Positions 28,543 through 41,945 of a DNA stretch of 64,000 nt are shown here, piece by piece; the stretch's first letter is position 1; every line of letters begins with the position of its first letter. The DNA is from Octopus vulgaris (taxonomy: Eukaryota), in contig OX597834.1 of NCBI GenBank assembly GCA_951406725.2, forward strand, positions 44,268,001-44,332,000. The letters run 5' to 3'. The notes beneath the pieces were generated by a model that was not told the origin of the DNA, did not search any database, and was given only the letters and a program-made list of their open reading frames with translations. A program made the position numbers and the translations under genes.

Positions 28543-29682
28543 ACACACACAGATATATATATATATACACACATACATGTGTAAAGTAATGAAGGAAGAG
28601 AGAGGGAATGAAAGAGTGAGAGAGAGAGAGAAAGAAAGAGAAGGAGAGAGAACAGAATAAGAGAATGTGAGACTTACTGCATCGAATTCTCCATTATGCA
28701 CACATGATCTTTACTTCTTCATATTATAAAATCTGGCGAAACTTAAGTGCACTATTTCAACAATTTGTTCTTTGCCGCTTGTATAAGTAGGTTTCGATCT
28801 CTCTGACCATTTCATTACATTTGTATGCCACGTTTATGATAATTATCTGTTCAATTCAAAGAACTTCAAATTCAATAACCAGAATTTCCTTCTCACACCA
28901 TGAATAGCAGAAACAATATGATATAATTGGTATGATGACAAAATGGCCAAAATTCCAGCTACAAGATTTTGGAGAAGGAAAAGTGCAGGTGGAGAGAGGA
29001 ATCCGAAGACATCGAGAGATTGTTTCCTTTGTTGAAAGCTATATAACTTCAACGATGCTAGATGAATAAACGGCTGTTGTGATTCCTTGCTAATTGAGGG
29101 TAAACTCACTAGGTGGCCTGAAATTAGTATATTACTGCGACACCTCGTGGATTAGTGCTTACTGAGTTTGGCTGGCGTTCGCAAGGTCTGGGTTGGATCT
29201 TTAAATTATTTTCTGGAACATTCTCACTTAAGAAAATGAAAACATGGCGTCAGAATTTTCAACAAAACACGGAATACTTAAACAGAATGGGGGAAATGTG
29301 TCCTTGTAAGAAGAGAGAGAAAGAGAAATTTACTACAAAATGACTCTGCTTTTACAAAATGCTGACTGATTTCAAAGGAGGAAACGACTCCATTGAATAA
29401 AACCAACACTAAAACTCACCCCCACTACTACTACTGCTGCTATCAATGCCATCTCCAAAAGCAAACGACATTCACACTACAAACACCACAAACCAACAAC
29501 AAACAGCGATAACCACAAAGTAACATGAATAACCCAAAAACCATAGACATACAAAACAAAAGAACTAATGAATCACCCCCCCCCCACACACACACGTACA
29601 CACATAAACACAGTCGCATACTATGTATGTATTTATGTGTGCTTGAAAATAGTCAAACCAAATTTTTATCATTTCGAGACAC

Positions 29683-29808
29683 TCTACCAAATCCACTCAC
29701 AAGGGTTTGGTCGGCCCGAGGCTATAGTAGAAGACACTTGCCCAAGGTGTCACGTGGTGGGAATGAACCCCAAACCATGTGGATGGTAAGCAAGCTACTT
29801 ACCGCACA
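29683..29808 (-). mobile_element. SINE family A, partial
   Basis: ctaccaaatccactcacaagggtttggtcggcccgaggctatagtagaagacacttgcccaagg. Confidence 0.85.
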
Positions 29809-30808
29809 GCATTTGAATATTTCATGTAATTCTGTTATTTTACATTCTGCATGCTTTTATATAATCCGACACTCTGTCGTGCTGTAACGAACCCAATATT
29901 TTTGTGAATCGTTCATGGTTAATAAAGGCAAAAAACAAAAACAAAAACATCATTGTCATCATCGGATTTGCTCGCAACTTGGTGTGTGACTGAACACGTT
30001 TGAAGGTGGGCAGGAAGAAAATTGGTTCAAAGATCAACAAAAAAAAAAGATACTACAAAATGTAAATAGTATTTTTATGTAATTTTTATACATTCGAAGC
30101 TTAGATCCTGGGGGCGTTAAAATTCATTTTCCATTCATCCGAGGTCGATAGATTTGATATCATTCAACTTCTCTGCTCCGTTCTATTGTCTATAGCTTCA
30201 TGGATATATATATGTAACCTGGTGCCCATGGAAGACTGCCATTTCACCATCATCGCCAACGTCATCATCATCATCATTATCATCATCGTTGCTATCGTTA
30301 TCCACACAATTATCATTATTATTATTTATATTATTTTATATTTTAATTATATTTATGACTTCTTATAATGTCGGCAGTGCTGATCCTCTAAATAATACTC
30401 ACTTCAGTCTCTACGAACAATAGTCGTCACATCATCTAAAACACTCGACATTACATTCTCAGATAATCTAGACAAATTTTCTGGAGTCCAGAATCCGCCT
30501 TTGTATAACAGAACAGTCACCGATACAATGTAATTTATTGTTTAGGAAATGTAGACATTGTCAAAAATTGCAGACTTTGAAATCAAAGGAATCCAATTTC
30601 CTAAAAAGCCGAAAGGAAAAGAAAATTGAATGTCAATTAAAAGTGCAAAGAGAAGACATTGGTTTCTGCGTAAGTTTCCTGCTTGTAATATATGTAATGG
30701 GTAATTGCATTCTGCGCTGATCTAGAGGCCGCTTACAACAGAAAGGGATTTGTGTGTGATGTTAAATCGGAGTGAGGCGGCGGGGTGGAGGTGGTGGTGG
30801 GGGTGTAG

Positions 30809-30923
30809 AGAAGAAGAAGAAGAAGAAGAAGAAGAAGAAGAAGAAGAAGAAGAAGAAGAAGAAGAAGAAGAAGAAGAAGAAGAAGAAGAAGAAGAAGAAG
30901 AAGAAGAAGAAGAAGAAGAAGAG
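30809..30923. repeat. (AAG)n microsatellite
   Basis: Direct reading. Confidence 0.95.
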
Positions 30924-31351
30924 GAGGAATAAAAGCGACTTTAAAGAATTAATGACCCGCTATGTAGAATTGGAATGAAAAGTAGCATGTATTTCCTGGA
31001 GAGTTCTTTTAATTAAATTTCCAACTGACGCACACAGTATATACGTACATTCCACGTATGTATATATATATACATACATATAAATACATACACACATATA
31101 TATATACATATATGTACACATATATATACATATATACACATACATATATATACATATATATACATATATATACATGTATATATATATATACACACACATA
31201 TATATATATACGTATAAATATACACACAAAATATATATATACTCACACACATGCACTCACGTACATCTGTATGTGCACGTTCATATTTAGATACATGGAC
31301 GCAGATACATGATCCTGTATGTACATATGTGCAATGTGTCCATGTATCAGC

Positions 31352-31411
<60 letters not shown>

Positions 31412-32223
31412 CCATATATAGATATGTCTGTGCGTTTGTGTGTGTGTATGTATGTATATGTATCAAATTATTTATCCCCCACCCTACGGTGGTCCAATTA
31501 TTGAAACCAGTGAAAGAATGTGGGTGTGTGATTTTGTGTATTTATATAAGCACTCAGTTTGTATGTTTTTAACAAAGATAAACCGAGGATCATTGAGACC
31601 CACTCTTATGTGTCGTGGGTTGTTAGCAGATTCGAGTTATTTATGCACGTTCAAATATTCCAGATTCGTATCCAGATTCGTATCATGCAACGATTCTCAA
31701 CAACTTTTCACATACATCTACGTCAAATTAATATGCATTCAATTCAAGTTTAAACACGCCTAATCACTCTGTCTGTCTGCCACTATTTATATTTCCCTTT
31801 CTCTCTCTCTCACATACATTCATTTAGTAACTGAACTCCTTGTATATGGGGGATAACAAACTTGACGTGTATTATTTCTTTACATCACCCCAACTATTTC
31901 TCTCTATCTGATCTTTATTTTAGAGATCTCCACCCAATAGTTAAGTTACCGTTTGACAGAAACTTTGTTTCATCGAATTGACCATGAAGGTCGTTCATAG
32001 ATAAAGGTAGCTGTGGGTTGGACAGAGGTATTAATGTGTATGAAAACGACAAAAAAGGAAAAAAAAAAATAATGGGAGGGGCACCGGCGCCCGCCGACGG
32101 ATAACCCCGCGAAATCATTGCTCAATTTAAAGCAATATAAATCAAAATTATAATCAAAAAAATTCAAAAATTAAAATTACAAATTACAAAAATATATTTT
32201 TCATTATTCTTCGTCTTCCTCAT

Positions 32224-32278
32224 CCGGAACCATGTGGTTGGTAAGCAAGCTACTAACCACACAGTCACTCCTACACCT
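32224..32278 (-). mobile_element. SINE family A head fragment
   Basis: ccggaaccatgtggttggtaagcaagctactaaccacacagtcactcc. Confidence 0.75.
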
Positions 32279-33381
32279 ATTATATAGTAAATTAAAATAT
32301 CTAGTAATTTTAAATATCTAAATATTTCTTATTTACAAAGGCTTTTTAGCCGTTTTCTTGTCTATTTTCGATAAAATAACCAAGTAAATATATTTACAAT
32401 TGACACGAAAATATTATCTTCGGTTTCATTTGGATTTCCAGTTGTAAAAACTTGAAGCTGACGCGTTTGCATTTATCTAAAACATGGCCCCTGCATTCAC
32501 TTTCGCGTTAGATTTCAGCAATTCGATTATTCCACTTACGAAATTAGATTCTCATTCCTGCCCCCTCTTCCCCTGTCTCTCCCCATCTCTCCCCTCTACC
32601 CCATCTCTATTTCCCTTACATAACTTTTTCTTATTCTTCTTCTTAAAACTCTCAAAAGCACTCAATATCATTTAAACAGAACAAACAAATAAATTGCTAA
32701 ATATACTGTCATAATTTCATTCATTAGATCCCGTAAGTTTGTTAAAAAGTAAAAAAAAAAAAAAAGCGAAAAGAAATGAAAAGAAAAATAGATTTAAATT
32801 TACCACAGTTTTACAATAAATTAACTCCCCAATATATGACCAAACAAGATATCCACTCTCCTAGCTTTCATCAACCTCTTCTACTTCTATCACACTGAAC
32901 AGTTAAACTGTGATCATCAATCACTTTCGCTCTGTCCGTTCATTTACTCCTCTCATTTTTCTTATTCTTCTTCCTCACTTACATTTTAAACTTTCCAATT
33001 CAAGCATCATACATTCAAGAGGCTGTTTCATTAAGATGTTGACAATTCTGTTCTTCCTGTTCTTCCTTCTTATTTCCTTTTGCTCCATCGATGCGAAGCC
33101 TTATCAACTTCTAAAATCAGAGAACGAAATAGACACCACATATGTTATTTACTAAATGAAAATACTATTTGTCGACATAAGAAAATAATATTTAATTTAG
33201 ATTTAAATATACTTAAATAACTCACGTATCCGCTCCAGAAATTCGAAAGAATGGCGTATAAGACTAGTCTGGAATTAAATAATTTAATACATAAATATCA
33301 TTTGGCATTTACAGTTTAATCGCGTTCAAGTGTTCAGTATTATATACATACATACATACATACAGACATACATATACACAC

Positions 33382-33641
<260 letters not shown>

Positions 33642-34029
33642 GTAAGATAACGAAAGCGGCTATAAGCAATATAAAACCAAAAGAAAAAATTTAAATCGTT
33701 CCTAATTGTGGCTGACGGTGCAGGGTAGCCCTTACACTGCTAGAAATAAGAGGTAAAAGCCCTTAGGGTCGCAAAGAAGTACATACCTATGCATTGACAG
33801 GGGAGATAACCGCCCCATAGCGAGCGAGATCATCATACTAGTCTAGTTGAGGTATGACTTAAAAGCTCATCAGTGATGACAACTCCATCGCTGGATAGTT
33901 TGGCTAAATTCCAACGGTCATTATATAGTAGTTAACATATGTATCAGAAGATGATTCACCAAAATGGTAATGTGAACATTATAAAATGTCTGTTTATATA
34001 TACATACATGCATACATACATACATACGT

Positions 34030-34137
<108 letters not shown>

Positions 34138-34151
34138 TTATATATATATAA

Positions 34152-34442
34152 AGTTACCCTCCCAGGCAGAAGTCCGGAGAAGGTTGTTTATGGAAGACCA
34201 GCATTCGACCATGCATACCGGCCTCCTCTCTCCACGCCACCAGAGTTATCCAAGGGAAAGGCAGAGGGGCCGACACAGCTTGGTACTAGTGGCGACGCAA
34301 CTCATTTCTACAGCTGAGTGAACTGGAGCAACGTGAAATAAAGTGTCTTGCTCAAGAACACAACACGCAGCCCGGTCCGGGATTTGGACTCACAACCTCA
34401 CGATCGTAAACTTGACGTGCTAATCACTGAGCCATGCGCCTT
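34152..34442 (-). mobile_element. CORE-type SINE (family D), tail type 1, full length
   Basis: Head aaggcgcatggctcagtgattagc...gagtccaaatccc; CORE-like tgtgttcttgagcaagacactttatttcacgttgctccagttcactcagctgtagaaatgagt. Confidence 0.88.
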
Positions 34443-34906
34443 CACACAGACACACACACACACACACATGATGGAAATTTTCCAAGAAAGTCTACTGCAT
34501 GAAGAACATGTACATTGGTGAGGACTAGTATTCTTCCAGAAGTGAGCAAAAAGACATTTTTCAATTTGATAACAACCATAGTAAAACAGCGGTTTAATTC
34601 TAATTTCCAGGAAATACCGCAGAAATCCAAATTGTTAAATAGAAAAAAAAAGGCAACATTCTGTGGAGATTGAGTCGAATCTTTAGCAAATACAGTGACA
34701 TCTTTAGATCGATTATAAACCTTACCTAAGTATTTGACTTGATGCCGTTTCTGAGAAATCAAATCACAAAATTTAATTATTCTGAGAAGATGTCGCAAAA
34801 TATCGTAGATTCGAAATATTTATAAAATTCACGCAAAAGGAAACTTTACAATTTTCTAATATATGTATGAGTGTAAATATATATATATATATATATATAT
34901 ACATAC

Positions 34907-35024
<118 letters not shown>

Positions 35025-35029
35025 GGCGT

Positions 35030-35290
35030 CTATCAAAATTAATAGCATATTTACTAAAGTTGGCACTTAAAAATATTGTGCAGAATATCATAATAGATGC
35101 AAATGCTGATATAAGGATAATATATATTGGATTATCAAGAATGTTAATACAGTTATAAAAATAATAGATAATTGAAACTTCTTGAAAATAAAAGATAGAC
35201 GAGATAAATTTGACTTCTCTATACTGTACACTATATCACAAGATATATTAGAAGAAGACTTAATAGAAATTTTTAAATTTAGCTTTCATT
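35030..35290 (+). pseudogene. Penelope-like reverse transcriptase fragment (degenerate)
   Basis: [16 protein letters not shown] (from 35125) then [26 protein letters not shown] (from 35209), versus PLE RT motif WIxxNSxxVI...FDFSTLYTxIPHxxLxxxL. Confidence 0.6.
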
Positions 35291-35459
35291 GGAGGAAGTC
35301 AAATTAAAATAGCAATACGTGTTCTTAAAGCTAATTGGATTAACAAAAATTACAAAACATAAATCTTAATGGAAAAATACTTATTTTAAATTAGGATAAT
35401 AAATCTTTTCCAATAAAATTGGATTTCAAGAAATAAGACCATTGCATTGCACTAAGTGA

Positions 35460-35502
<43 letters not shown>

Positions 35503-36435
35503 ATATAAAAATATAATAACATGAATAAATAGTAATGAATAAAGATTAATTGGAAAGTGATAAAAATATTAAGTCTTCTCTTTTTTCTATGAAAATAAAT
35601 ACCAATTTGTTCAAATCAATTTTCTTATTAATATTAATTTAGCAACAGATGAGCAAAGAGGGAATTAATTTCTTGACCTTTGAAAGGTCAGTGGTATCCA
35701 TGGATGGCTAATGAGGTATACCGATATTTAGGAAGGGAGCACTTACACACCGACCTTAGTACCCACCCAATTGCTTCTTATTTTATTAAAGACATTAGCA
35801 TTAAAAGATATCAAAGTTGGTTTTGGCGGGATTGGAACGGAGAACATTAAAATGTCAGGAGAAGACTACAGTTCGAAAGAGTTTTAATTCTATAAATTAG
35901 TTATTTGAAAACAATATAATAAAGATGTATACTGAATATGAAGTGAAAAAAGAAAAAATTAAATTAATTTAGTTCTTTCAACATAGATATGGCAAACACA
36001 AATTGTATGCAGAAATTCTTATAAAGAGTAAACAAATATACGATTTATAAATATATTTCTTGATGTCAGTCCTTACCTTTTCAAGCATTAGCTACGTTAC
36101 GATGGCAAATTCAATATCTTGTCAACTATAGCACATATTTACATGGTGATCTTTACGTTATTAAACCGAGGAAGATAAAAATCAAAATCAAAACCAGTAA
36201 GTCAGAACGTAAAGGAATAAAACCAAATGCTATGACATATTTTGTCCGACATTGAAATGATTCTAAAGACTCCATAACACAGGACTCATAAAACGTGGTT
36301 TACTTCGTCCAAATGTAAAAAAAAGAGAGATTTATTACGATAATGATAAAGATTCACGATGTAAATAGAATATACAGCCAAACCTATAATAATAATAATA
36401 ATAATAATGATAATAATAATGATAATAATAATAAC

Positions 36436-36506
<71 letters not shown>

Positions 36507-36510
36507 TGAT

Positions 36511-37056
36511 GCAGTACCAGGCAGTGGCTCTCATGGCTTCTGATCTTAACTGATTGGAAGTGTTGTCATGTACATTGTTTTGTCTTGGTATAAAAGATGG
36601 GCTACAGCAAATATTCTGCTCAATACCACAGATTTGCTTGTCAGTTGTTTGACCTTAACCAGTTGAGCATGTCCCTTAGTAGCTGACGATATGTGCATCT
36701 CTGATCATGAGCAGAAGCAGTGGGGGAGCATCATAGCCATGTGTTGAGAGGGATTCTTTGGGGTTTGAATAGTTCACCTCTGGAAACATGGGTGGTTCTT
36801 TCAACATCCTTAAACAACCCTTATTCAGGGACCGTTTGAGCGGGATGGGCTACTCAACCTGAAGAAAATTCTAATTGGGCCCCACCTGCAAGGTCATGTG
36901 CTGTTTATCTTGATATGAGATCACCATGTCGCGCACATATGGTTGTGATGCATGTGCCTGGTGTACCTTTATCAGACGGGTAGTCATGATGGGTATATTG
37001 GGCTTCGTATAATTTACCCCAGTGTCACTTTGATGGCATGAACTGCTCTCTCACTC
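36511..37056 (+). mobile_element. About 545-bp non-coding interspersed element in (AAT)n, copy 1
   Basis: Alignable end to end with 37209-37754; (AAT)n on both sides; no long ORF; orientation inferred from the (AAT)n tail. Confidence 0.8.
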
Positions 37057-37080
37057 AATAATAATAATAATAATAATAAC

Positions 37081-37180
37081 CAATGTATACAATGAGTTTC
37101 TTTGTCCTAGGAGTCGGGAAGACACTCGGCAAGAAATGGAAGCAGATTTAAAAGAAGAAGAAAAACCCATAAACAACAGC
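37081..37180 (+). mobile_element. Probable 3' end of an (AAT)n-associated non-LTR element (Dong/R4-like?)
   Basis: Short unique segment flanked by (AAT)n on both sides. Family assignment is inference from the target motif only. Confidence 0.3.
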
Positions 37181-37200
37181 AATAATAATAATAATAATAT

Positions 37201-37754
37201 ACCCCCGTGCAGTACCAGGCAGTGGCTCTCATGGCTTCTAATCTTAACTGATTGGAAGTGTTATCATGTACATTGTTTTGTCTTGGTATAAAAGATGGGC
37301 TACATCAAACATTCTGCTCAAAACCACAGATTTGCTTCTCAATTGTTTGACCGTAACCAGTTGAGCATGTCCGTTAGTGGCTGACGATATGTGCATCTCT
37401 GATCACGAGCAGAAGTAGTGGAAGAGCATCATAGCCATGTGTCGAGAGGGATTCTTTGCAGTTTGGATAATTCGCCTCTGGAAACATGGGTGTTTCGTTC
37501 AACATCCTTAAACAACCCTTAATCAGGGACCTTTTGAGCGGGATGAGTTACACGACCAGAAAAAAATTCTAACTGAGCCCCACCTGCAAGGTCATGTGCT
37601 GTTTATCTTGATATGAAATCACCACGTCGCACACATATGGTTGTGACGCATGTGCTGAGTGTACTCTTATCAGACGAGTAGTCCTGATGGGTATACTGGG
37701 CTTCGTATATTTTACCCCAGTGTCACTTTGATGGTATGCACTGATCTCTCACTC
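37201..37754 (+). mobile_element. About 545-bp non-coding interspersed element in (AAT)n, copy 2
   Basis: Same ends as copy 1 (gcagtaccaggcagtgg...ctctctcactc-aataat) with many scattered substitutions. Confidence 0.8.
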
Positions 37755-37987
37755 AATAATAATAATAATCCATCGATGTAATTATGAATAGTTTAATTCA
37801 TCGCTACGAGCGTTTCCACAAATGATGTATTTCTTAAGATCATAGTCCGTATTCCTGGGATTATTACAGTACAGTCCGTAAAATCTATGGATATCGAGCG
37901 GATCTTATTTATGCATTCATTTCTTCGCTCTATACCAGGTTTGATCAGCAAGTATCTGGACTGTTGCGATAGTAACGAATCTAATGT

Positions 37988-38232
37988 ACGAGGAGTAAAG
38001 CCGCTTGGCTCAGATTCCCCTTCAGCAGTACTGTACATAAACACTAAGTTTTAATGTTCTGACTGACTCCCCCTGTTTACAGCAGTGCTTAGAACAAGTA
38101 TAACGTGTGATCGTCGCATTGACCAAGACAGTGAAAGTTGTCATGGCGATACCTGCTCAGACGCCTACGCTAAGTTGCAGACAACCTATGGAGCGGATGG
38201 TATGAGCCGCACACAAGTATACGAGGGGTTTC
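37988..38232 (+). pseudogene. mariner 5' end and N-terminal HTH fragment
   Basis: Starts tacgagg (irritans-type TIR start) and encodes GDTCSDAYAKLQTTYGADGMSRTQVYEGF, versus AYGxxxMSRTQVYEWF. Confidence 0.7.
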
Positions 38233-38369
38233 CTTTCAAGATTTCTTGCCAATAGAGAAAGAGCCGGTTTCTTGCTTAAACCCATGGCACCTTTACTGGA
38301 ATCTCAATGACATCAAACGGGTAATTTTGTACGTAGGCATGTATATGTGTAGATTTGTATGTCTTGTTT

Positions 38370-38685
38370 TGTATGTATGTATTATGTATGTATGTATATT
38401 TGTATGTATGTATGTATGTATGTATGTATATGTGTATGTATGTATGTATATTTGTATGTATGTATGTATATTTGTATGTATGTATGTATGTATGTATGTA
38501 TGTATGTATATTGTATGTATGTATGTATGTATGTATGTATGTATGTATGTATGTATGTATGAATGTATGTATGTATGTATATTTGTATGTAATTATGTAT
38601 GTATGTATATTTGTCTGTATGTATGTATGTATATTTGTCTGTCTGTATGTATGTATGTATGGATGGATGGATGTATGTATGTATG
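38370..38685. repeat. (TGTA)n imperfect microsatellite
   Basis: Direct reading. Confidence 0.9.
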
Positions 38686-38770
38686 GATAGTGTACTATTC
38701 CTTTGTTAGTAGGATCAGCACAAAACGTACTCGAACCAGTGAACGATGAAGAAGTAAATATAATTTAGTT

Positions 38771-39159
38771 AGGAGTGGCTGTATGGTAAGTAGCTTGCTT
38801 ACAAACCACATGGTTCCGAGTTCAGTCCCACTGCGTGGCGCCTTGGACAAGTATCTTCTACTATAGCCGCGGGCCGACCAAAGCCTTGTGAATGGATTTG
38901 GTAGACAGAAACTGAAAGAAGACCGTCGTATATATGTATGTGTGTGTGTATATGTTTGTGTGTCTGTGTTTGTTCCCCCGCAACATCGCTTGACGACCGA
39001 TGCTGGTGTATTTACGTCCCCGTAACCTAGCGGTTCGGCAAAAGAGACCGATCGAATAAGTACTAGGCTTACAAAGAATAAGTCCTGGGGGGCGATTTGC
39101 TCGACTAAGGGGCGGTGCTCTAGCATGGCCACAGTCAAATGACTGAAACAAGTAAAAGA
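38771..39159 (+). mobile_element. SINE family A, full composite (head, core, TG microsatellite, tail)
   Basis: aggagtggctgtatggtaag...gcatggccacagtcaaatgactgaaacaagtaaaaga. Confidence 0.9.
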
Positions 39160-39205
39160 TTAAATGTTCTCTGGAAAAAAATAAAACCAGTAATGTCAGA
39201 AAACA

Positions 39206-39419
39206 ATCCTTTCTACAAAACAGAAAAGGTCAGAAATTTTAGAGGAGGAGACCAGTCGATTACATCGACCCCAGTTTTCACTCGTACTTAATTTATCGAC
39301 CTTGAAAGGATGAAAAGCAGAGTCACCGAGGCGGAATTTGAATTCATAACGTAGCGACGGGCGAAATACCGCTAAGTGCTTCGTCCAGTGAGCTAACGAT
39401 CCTGCGAACTCACCGCCTT
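39206..39419 (-). mobile_element. SINE family C
   Basis: Matches 2216-2425. Confidence 0.85.
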
Positions 39420-40351
39420 AATTATGAAAAATAATGATAAATGGAAAAAAAAAAAAACTAAATGGAAAAAGGTAAATAAAATTTGTGCTCGTTCTCCTGT
39501 TTCCATTAAATCTTATCCTTTCGTTCTTTATTTTCTCTCGTTTTTTTTCTCAGAGAACAGACATGTTGTATTTTGAACCTAATGATTGCTGGATAATACA
39601 CGATACGCTATACAAGCTTGTTCGACTATTGTATTATCAGAGACATGAAACTTATTGATCACATATAAATCCTGCATGCACACGCCATGCGCACACGCGT
39701 TTTTGTCTGTGTGTGTGTGTGTGTGTGTGTGTGACTATCTATTAAGCGAAGGCAATGAATTAGTCGGAAATAAAGAGAAGATTCTTCGTCGGTCGGGGCG
39801 ATGAGCAGACAGTAGTTTCCATCGCAAGAAATCCTAGTCGTGATAATCGCGTGTAACTGGCTGGTTATTCACATACAGACGTCTGCCTTTATAACAGACA
39901 GAGCTGGACATTTGAAAGCCATCTAAAATTCAAACAGTGAAAGAAGAATAAACTGACAATTCATTTTACGACACTGAATTGACATAAAAATAAATTTGAC
40001 TATACCATGATTTGAAATCAGATTGCAGACATCCGAAGCGAATGCCATGAGTCATTGTATCCGACGTTATAACATTCTGTTAATTTGTGGCTTCTCTGAA
40101 ATAAATGCATCATAAGAGGAACATGACGTATCAATGCATAGTTCCTGAAACCCTTTTTACTCTGTAATCTTTCTCTTGTCAAATTGACGCTATAATTTGA
40201 ATTCTTATCGTAATACACCTTATGTAGTTTTTTTTTTAATAAAAAATTCTTGTTGAATAAAATAACTTCTACTTCGTCTGTTGTTTTGTACATTGCATGT
40301 GTATGTGCATGTGTATGGGTTATGTACCGTGAATCTGTTTTAGAGGTGAAA

Positions 40352-40525
40352 ATGCCACGTAAAGCCAGGAGACTGTTCAAACGCCTAGGTCGCTGTTTTG
40401 AACGTTCTTTCACACACTTTCTGATATGGACCTGCACTGCAAACAATTTCGAAACTACGGAAGATGACTGTCCAGACGATTCGATGTTTAGTGACACAAG
40501 CACGAAAACTATTGAATACAAGTGA
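40352..40525 (+). CDS. Candidate small ORF or terminal exon, 57 aa, unknown function
   Basis: Non-repetitive ORF MPRKARRLFKRLGRCFERSF...TIEYK with aaaATG context, a possible acceptor (gttttag) 9 nt upstream and AATAAA at about 40716. No homology recognised. Confidence 0.25.
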   Translation: MPRKARRLFKRLGRCFERSFTHFLIWTCTANNFETTEDDCPDDSMFSDTSTKTIEYK

Positions 40526-41367
40526 GCTTAATGCAGTCAGAGAAACAAAAATTATTATGAATCCAATTAACAAGCAGATATTATTTGTTGGCTAAACGTA
40601 AAAACCGTTTATCTAATATACTTAGAAAACAATGTTGGATTAGCCCCTAATATACGGGGACCGGAAAACGATGACATTCTGAACCCTAAAAGACCAAAAA
40701 AAATGTAAAAATGTAAATAAAAAGGAGTAATATATAAAAATGGGTGTGTTTCTATATTTCTACATTTCGTTGTACAACCTAAAGAAAACTCGGTATGAAG
40801 GTGAAGTATGAAATGTTATATATCTGAATTATATATATATGAATTACACCGCAACAGCCACACATCGACTGCCCTCAGAATCACATACAATTATGCAAAA
40901 CATACTCAAGAGCACACACACACAAACACACACACTAACACACACACTTGTACACATCACATTTACTACAGCACTAAAACAAGATATTAACAAATAACAG
41001 CCCAGGAGATTTGTTAAAAAACAGTACATTGCAAAAAATTTGAGAGAATAATTTTGAGTAATTTATAAGTATGACTAAACGAACAGCAGGCGTTAATGTA
41101 TATGTTTCATTGAAATATGGTGTAAAAGTTGGCGATGTTCAGTTAAGACAGGTATCAAAATATAGCAGGGCAAATATCAGAGACAAAACAAAACAAAAAA
41201 GAATAGATTATTTTACACCTGTAAAAAGGGGCTGAAGAGAAGATATAATGTTGTACAAGAGATGAAAGGTTACTGGAAAATCGGAAAAGAAACCGTCACC
41301 AATCTATTTGATATTGATAATATATCCTCAAGACAAAAATACGAAAGAAGAGATTTATATAATAACT

Positions 41368-41945
41368 AAAACCTGCTAAATATAACAAGATAGAAACTTA
41401 TAGCATGTAACTCTTGTTGAATGCAACATGGCGTAGGTTTATAACATTGAACTATTGATAAATACAAGACCTTCATAGCATCCAGTTTGTTTTAGATATA
41501 ACTACAATATACTAACGATATTCACTTCCTGTTAGATATAACCAGGATTAAATTCATAATATATGATAGATATAATGTGAAGTCAATTTATAAAAGATAG
41601 CTTGTGTTAAATATGACAAGATGTAAATTGATGACTTGCAACTGATAACATATATCACATGATGTAACTCCTGTTACATTTAACATTAGTACACTTACAA
41701 TACATAACACATGTTACGTGTAACACGAAGTAACTTTATAAAACCCAACCCCCGATAATTATTAGAAAAAATATATTTATAATGGCCAACGCCTCCTAAT
41801 GTTAAGTGCTAAACTCCTCTTAGATATAACAATGTGTAAACGTATAGCAGAGTGAATTTGTCGCATTAAAATGCTGTTAATTTGTAAGAAAGGTTATAGT
41901 CATATCTCCCCATGACTGTTAATATAACAAGTGATGTAACAAGTG
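41368..41945. repeat. Degenerate tandem array with a unit of about 40-41 bp
   Basis: Recurrent unit resembling aactcctgttagatataacaagatgtaaacttatagcatgt, read by eye. Confidence 0.55.

Noticed and set aside
28843-29343. Unique-looking ORFs as host exons (also 15544-15700)
   Set aside because: No recognisable domain and no consistent splice signals.
41368-41945. CRISPR-like array
   Set aside because: Eukaryotic context, degenerate tandem units without a repeat-spacer pattern, and no cas genes.
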